In this document: in pieces, positions 59,998-64,000 of the stretch | How the letters are laid out: the number at the start of each line of letters is the position of its first letter | Numbering within the stretch: the stretch's first letter is position 1 | DNA from: an uncultured SAR86 cluster bacterium | GTDB lineage: Bacteria; Pseudomonadota; Gammaproteobacteria; Magnimaribacterales; AG-339-G14 | Direction of reading: 5' to 3' | Length of the DNA: 64,000 nucleotides | Assembly (NCBI GenBank): GCA_902614235.1 | Contig: CACMKG010000001.1 | Coordinates: 134,484 to 198,483, forward strand | Translations under genes and position numbers: made by a program | Notes under the pieces: model-generated | The model's input: only the letters and a program-made list of their open reading frames with translations | Told to the model about the DNA's origin: nothing | Database searches by the model: none

Positions 59998-62900
59998 TTT
60001 GAATTCAATTTTGATTATAGGGGCCGGCCCTATAGTCATTGGCCAAGCCTGCGAATTTGATTATTCTGGTGTTCAGGCCTGCAAGGCACTAAGAGAAGAA
60101 GGTTTTAGAGTTATTTTAGTCAATTCAAATCCTGCTACAATTATGACAGATCCGGAACTTGCAGACTCAACTTATATAGAGCCTATAAATTGGAAGGCCT
60201 TAAAAAAAATTATTGAAATCGAAAAACCAGATGCAATCTTGCCAACGATGGGAGGTCAAACAGGTTTAAACGCTGCATTAGATTTAGATAAATTTGGAGT
60301 CCTAAAAGAATATGATGTTGAATTAATTGGAGCAACAAAGGAGGCGATAGATAAAGCTGAGGATAGGGAAAAGTTCGCAGAAGCAATTGCAAAAATAGGA
60401 TTATTCACTCCTAAAGCTGGCTTAGCTCACAACCTGAAAGAAGCAACCGAAATTCAAAGACAAGTTGGGTTTCCTTGTATCATCCGCCCAAATTTTACAA
60501 TGGGGGGAACTGGGAGTGGGATTGCATACAATACCGAAGAATTTGAAGAAATCTGTGAGAGAGGTTTAGATTTATCCCCAACAACAGAACTTTATATCGA
60601 TCAATACCTATCTGGATGGAAAGAGTATGAAATGGAAGTCGTTAGGGATAAATCCGATAATTGCATAATTGTTTGCAGCATTGAAAACTTTGATCCAATG
60701 GGAGTTCATACTGGAGATTCAATAACAGTTGCTCCAGCACAAACACTTACTGACAAGGAATATCAACATATGCGAGATGCTTCTATGGCAATTTTGAGAG
60801 AAATTGGTGTTGAGACCGGCGGCTCAAATGTTCAATTTGCCATAAATCCTGAAAATGGAGATATGGTTGTGATTGAAATGAATCCAAGAGTTTCTAGATC
60901 TTCAGCTTTAGCTTCAAAAGCAACTGGATTTCCTATTGCTAAGATAGCAGCAAAACTAGCCGTCGGATTCACCTTAGATGAATTAGAAAATGATATAAGT
61001 GAAGATGGAATACCGGCATCGTTCGAGCCAACAATAGATTACGTTGTGACAAAAATTCCGAGATTTAATTTTGAAAAATTTGCTGGCGCCTCAAATAAAT
61101 TAACCTCTCAAATGAAATCTGTTGGAGAAGTAATGGCAATAGGCTCAACTTTTAAAGAATCTTTTCAAAAAGCTATCAGAGGTTTAGAGATTGATAAAAG
61201 CGGGTTAGATAGATTTGAAAAAAAAGTAAACAAATCTTCTTTAAGGGCCGGAATTATTTCTCCAACCCCAGATAGAATTTATTATGTTGCTGAAGCTCTA
61301 AGAATGGATTATTCAATTGAAGAGTTACACATAATGAGTGGAATAGATCCCTGGTTTTTGAAAGAATTAAAAGAAATTGTTGATTTTGAGAAAAATATTT
61401 CCCACAAAGATTTTTTAGATAATAAAAAGGAATTTTATAAAGCTAAAAAGATGGGTTTTTCAGATAAAAAAATTTCTCTCATAAGAAATGAAAAAGAGGA
61501 TGACATTAGAAAAGTCAGAAAGAATTTAAAAATAAATCCAGTATTTAAAAGAGTTGATACTTGTGCGGCTGAATTTAAAACTTCAACAGCATATATGTAT
61601 TCTACTTATGAAGATGAGTGTGAATCTAATCCAACGAGCAAAAAGAAAGTCATGGTTTTAGGAGGCGGTCCCAATAGGATTGGCCAAGGCATAGAGTTTG
61701 ATTATTGTTGCGTTCATGCAGCTCAAGCTCTAAAAGAAAACGGATTCGAAACAATTATGGTTAATTGTAATCCAGAGACTGTGTCTACGGACTACGATAC
61801 ATCGGATAGATTGTATTTTGAACCAATTACTCTTGAAGACGTTTTAGAAATAATTGAAATAGAAAATCCAGATGGACTCATAATTCAATATGGAGGTCAA
61901 ACGCCTTTAAAACTTGCAAATGATTTAGAAAAGTTTGATGTCCCAATTTTCGGCACCTCTCCGGATCAAATTGATTTGTCCGAAGATAGGGCTAGATTTT
62001 TAGAATTTGTAAAACAAAATAATCTTACGCAACCTCCAAATGGGATGGCTTCTGATAAAGAAGAAGCTATCGAAATAGGAAATGAAATTGGCTATCCATT
62101 GGTTGTGAGACCCTCTTATGTTTTAGGAGGCAGAGCAATGGAGGTTGTATATGGTGCAGATGACTTAGTAAATTATTTAGCAGAAGCTTTTCAAGTTAAC
62201 GATTCAAACCCTGTTTTATTAGATAAGTTTTTGGATGTTGCAATTGAGTTTGATGTAGAAGCTATTTCTGATGGCTCTAAAATATTGATTTGTGGAATTC
62301 TTCAACATATTGAGCAAGCAGGTGTGCATTCAGGTGATTCAGCTTGTTCCATTCCGCCTTATAACATAACAGTTGATATAGAAAATAAAATCAAAAATGA
62401 AGTAATAAAAGTTATTAAAAATATGAATATTATTGGATTAGTAAATGTCCAAATAGCATACGTGAACGATACCGTTTATCTTCTAGAAGTGAATCCAAGA
62501 GCATCTAGAACAATTCCTTTTGTCTCAAAGGCTTTAGGAATGCCTTTGGCAAAAATTGCTGCAAGAGTGATGGCAGGGCTTTCTCTTGAAGAACAAAAAA
62601 TCTTAAATATTCCAGAACTAAAATTTTTTAATGTAAAAGAAGCAGTTATGCCATTTGAAAAATTTCAAAATGTTGATCCTATTTTAGGACCAGAAATGAG
62701 ATCTACCGGAGAAGTCATGGGAATTGGCAAGACATTCGAAGAAGCTTTTGAAAAGGCAGAAATTGCTGCAGGGGTAATTATTCCCGATGCTGGTTCAGCA
62801 TTTATTAGTGTCAGAGATATCGATAAGCAATTTCTAAAAGAGATTGCTGAAGATTTAACTGAAAGTAACTTTTCCTTAGTTGGAACTAAAGGAACTGTAA

Positions 62901-63175
62901 GATCTCTTAATGAACTGGGTTTTCAAGCAAGACAAATTAATAAAGTTCTTGAAGGCAGACCACACATAATTGATCTAATGAAAAATAGCGAAATATCTTT
63001 AGTGATAAATACTACTGAAGGCAGAGAGTCAATTAAGGATTCTGCCTCTATAAGAAGAACTGCTTTAGAAGAAAAGATCTGTTGTACCACTACTATTCAA
63101 GGGGCAGTAGCAATTTGTAAAGTTATAAGAAATCAGCTTGATTGGTCGGTGCAAAGACTTCAAGATATACATTAA
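59981..63175 (+). CDS. carB: Carbamoyl-phosphate synthase large subunit
   Basis: A 1064-aa protein with duplicated ATP-grasp halves ([21 protein letters not shown] and [20 protein letters not shown]) and an MGS-like C-terminus. Confidence 0.98.
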   Translation: MPKRNDLNSILIIGAGPIVIGQACEFDYSGVQACKALREEGFRVILVNSNPATIMTDPELADSTYIEPINWKALKKIIEIEKPDAILPTMGGQTGLNAALDLDKFGVLKEYDVELIGATKEAIDKAEDREKFAEAIAKIGLFTPKAGLAHNLKEATEIQRQVGFPCIIRPNFTMGGTGSGIAYNTEEFEEICERGLDLSPTTELYIDQYLSGWKEYEMEVVRDKSDNCIIVCSIENFDPMGVHTGDSITVAPAQTLTDKEYQHMRDASMAILREIGVETGGSNVQFAINPENGDMVVIEMNPRVSRSSALASKATGFPIAKIAAKLAVGFTLDELENDISEDGIPASFEPTIDYVVTKIPRFNFEKFAGASNKLTSQMKSVGEVMAIGSTFKESFQKAIRGLEIDKSGLDRFEKKVNKSSLRAGIISPTPDRIYYVAEALRMDYSIEELHIMSGIDPWFLKELKEIVDFEKNISHKDFLDNKKEFYKAKKMGFSDKKISLIRNEKEDDIRKVRKNLKINPVFKRVDTCAAEFKTSTAYMYSTYEDECESNPTSKKKVMVLGGGPNRIGQGIEFDYCCVHAAQALKENGFETIMVNCNPETVSTDYDTSDRLYFEPITLEDVLEIIEIENPDGLIIQYGGQTPLKLANDLEKFDVPIFGTSPDQIDLSEDRARFLEFVKQNNLTQPPNGMASDKEEAIEIGNEIGYPLVVRPSYVLGGRAMEVVYGADDLVNYLAEAFQVNDSNPVLLDKFLDVAIEFDVEAISDGSKILICGILQHIEQAGVHSGDSACSIPPYNITVDIENKIKNEVIKVIKNMNIIGLVNVQIAYVNDTVYLLEVNPRASRTIPFVSKALGMPLAKIAARVMAGLSLEEQKILNIPELKFFNVKEAVMPFEKFQNVDPILGPEMRSTGEVMGIGKTFEEAFEKAEIAAGVIIPDAGSAFISVRDIDKQFLKEIAEDLTESNFSLVGTKGTVRSLNELGFQARQINKVLEGRPHIIDLMKNSEISLVINTTEGRESIKDSASIRRTALEEKICCTTTIQGAVAICKVIRNQLDWSVQRLQDIH

Positions 63176-63186
63176 AGGATAGATCA

Positions 63187-63663
63187 ATGGAAGAAAGAGA
63201 GCCAATGACAGTTCAGGGAGAACTGCTTTTGAAAAAAGAGCTTGAAACTCTTTTATCAGAAAGACCTAAAATTTCAAAAGAAATTGCTGCCGCTAGAGAG
63301 TTTGGCGATCTAAAAGAGAATGCTGAATATCATGCGGCTAAAGAACAACAAGGATTAGCTGAAGCTAGAATAAGAGAGATAGAGTCAAAACTTAGTAGAG
63401 CACAAGTTATAGATATTATGTCAATCCCTCCTTCTGGAAAAGTAATTTTCGGAACTACTATTAAGCTAGTTAAATTAACTGACGAATTAGAAGTAGAGTA
63501 TAAAATTGTTGGTGAAGACGAAGCAGACGTTCAAATAGGAAAAATTTCGTATTCTTCTCCTCTATCTAGAGCTTTAATCTCAAAAGAGGAGGGCGATATT
63601 ATTAAATTTGAAAGTCCTTCTGGAATACAAGAATACGAAATTATTGAAGTGGAACATAAATAA
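63187..63663 (+). CDS. greA: Transcription elongation factor GreA
   Basis: [11 protein letters not shown]...[17 protein letters not shown] matches E. coli GreA (MQAIPMTLRG...[17 protein letters not shown]). The ORF-track start at 63142 lies inside carB. Confidence 0.95.
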   Translation: MEEREPMTVQGELLLKKELETLLSERPKISKEIAAAREFGDLKENAEYHAAKEQQGLAEARIREIESKLSRAQVIDIMSIPPSGKVIFGTTIKLVKLTDELEVEYKIVGEDEADVQIGKISYSSPLSRALISKEEGDIIKFESPSGIQEYEIIEVEHK

Positions 63664-63665
63664 TT

Positions 63666-64000
63666 GTGGCTAAAAATGAGTCTTATTATTCAGGTGAAAA
63701 ATATAATTTATTAGCAAAAAAACAAGGTTATCGTTCGAGAGCAGCCTTTAAATTAATCCAAATAGACAAAGAAGAAAACATTCTAAAAAAAAACTTAAAT
63801 ATTATTGATCTTGGCTGTGCTCCAGGCGGTTGGTCACAAGTTGTGAGTGAAAGACTAAAAGGGACAGGATCAATAGTTGGAATAGACATATTAAATATGC
63901 CTAGATTAAAAGGCGTCGAATTCATTCAATGCGATTTGAGGAATTTTGATGTGAGTCAATTAAAAACTTCTATAGACGTTGTAATATCTGATATAGCCCC
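63666..64000 (+). CDS. rlmE: 23S rRNA (U2552-2'-O)-methyltransferase RlmE/FtsJ (3' end cut by window edge)
   Basis: It is absent from the ORF track because no stop lies within the window. My hand translation from GTG 63666, VAKNESYYSGEKYNLLAKKQGYRSRAAFKLIQID...IIDLGCAPGGWSQVV...VVISDIAP, matches RlmE motifs. It follows greA as in Pseudomonas. Confidence 0.88.
   Translation, partial: MAKNESYYSGEKYNLLAKKQGYRSRAAFKLIQIDKEENILKKNLNIIDLGCAPGGWSQVVSERLKGTGSIVGIDILNMPRLKGVEFIQCDLRNFDVSQLKTSIDVVISDIA

Noticed and set aside
1-64000. Search by eye for CRISPR arrays, long tandem or dispersed repeats, IS elements, tRNA/rRNA genes, and phage, defence or biosynthetic gene clusters
   Set aside because: None was found. 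Non-coding space is limited to a dozen spacers under 175 nt, all inspected. The only stable RNA is ssrA. I cannot exclude short dispersed repeats without a computational self-alignment.

Overview
This is a very AT-rich, extremely gene-dense chromosomal window from a streamlined gammaproteobacterium. The gene order follows the conserved E. coli/Pseudomonas core layout; a SAR86-like marine lineage is only a guess. I can place 75 protein genes and one tmRNA, and essentially all are housekeeping. In order they are: the distal S10-spc-alpha ribosomal string (rplP to rplQ, including secY, rpmJ and rpoA); uvrA/ssb; fabA-fabB; rplU-rpmA-obg-proB/rpsT; a TetR regulator; smpB-ssrA; an NSS/SNF transporter; bamE/fur; grpE-dnaK-dnaJ-dapB; rpsB-tsf-frr-uppS-cdsA-dxr-rseP-bamA-skp-lpxD-fabZ-lpxA-lpxB-rnhB-dnaE-accA-tilS; leuA; a holD-like ORF plus rimI; a Tas-like aldo-keto reductase; a GNAT; a cold-shock-domain protein; valS-holC-pepA with divergent lptF-lptG; RDD and DUF3429-like membrane proteins; dapD-dapC-map; and carA-carB-greA-rlmE. 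I see no rRNA, tRNA, transposase, integrase, prophage, CRISPR, toxin-antitoxin, defence or biosynthetic cluster. I did not find a discrete novel multi-gene system and will not invent one. Six smaller leads are worth a second look. (1) A terminator-like hairpin with a U8 tract and a read-through leader ORF sits in front of carAB and could be a pyrBI-style attenuator. (2) A 33.7-kb block of essential genes splits the conserved dapB-carAB adjacency, and its two ends (rpsB, map) are ancestral neighbours. (3) A cold-shock-domain ORF has a possible two-helix membrane anchor; the alternative is a small Csp with a long 5' UTR. (4) All eight convergent gene junctions have 7 nt of spacer or less, or overlap, so there is no room for terminators. 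(5) The S10, spc and alpha operons are fused, which removes the usual leader and promoter spacers. (6) Several locus-specific losses are visible: pyrH, glnD, recN/nadK and the SOS box. All homology calls are made by eye from the translations; nothing was searched or computed.
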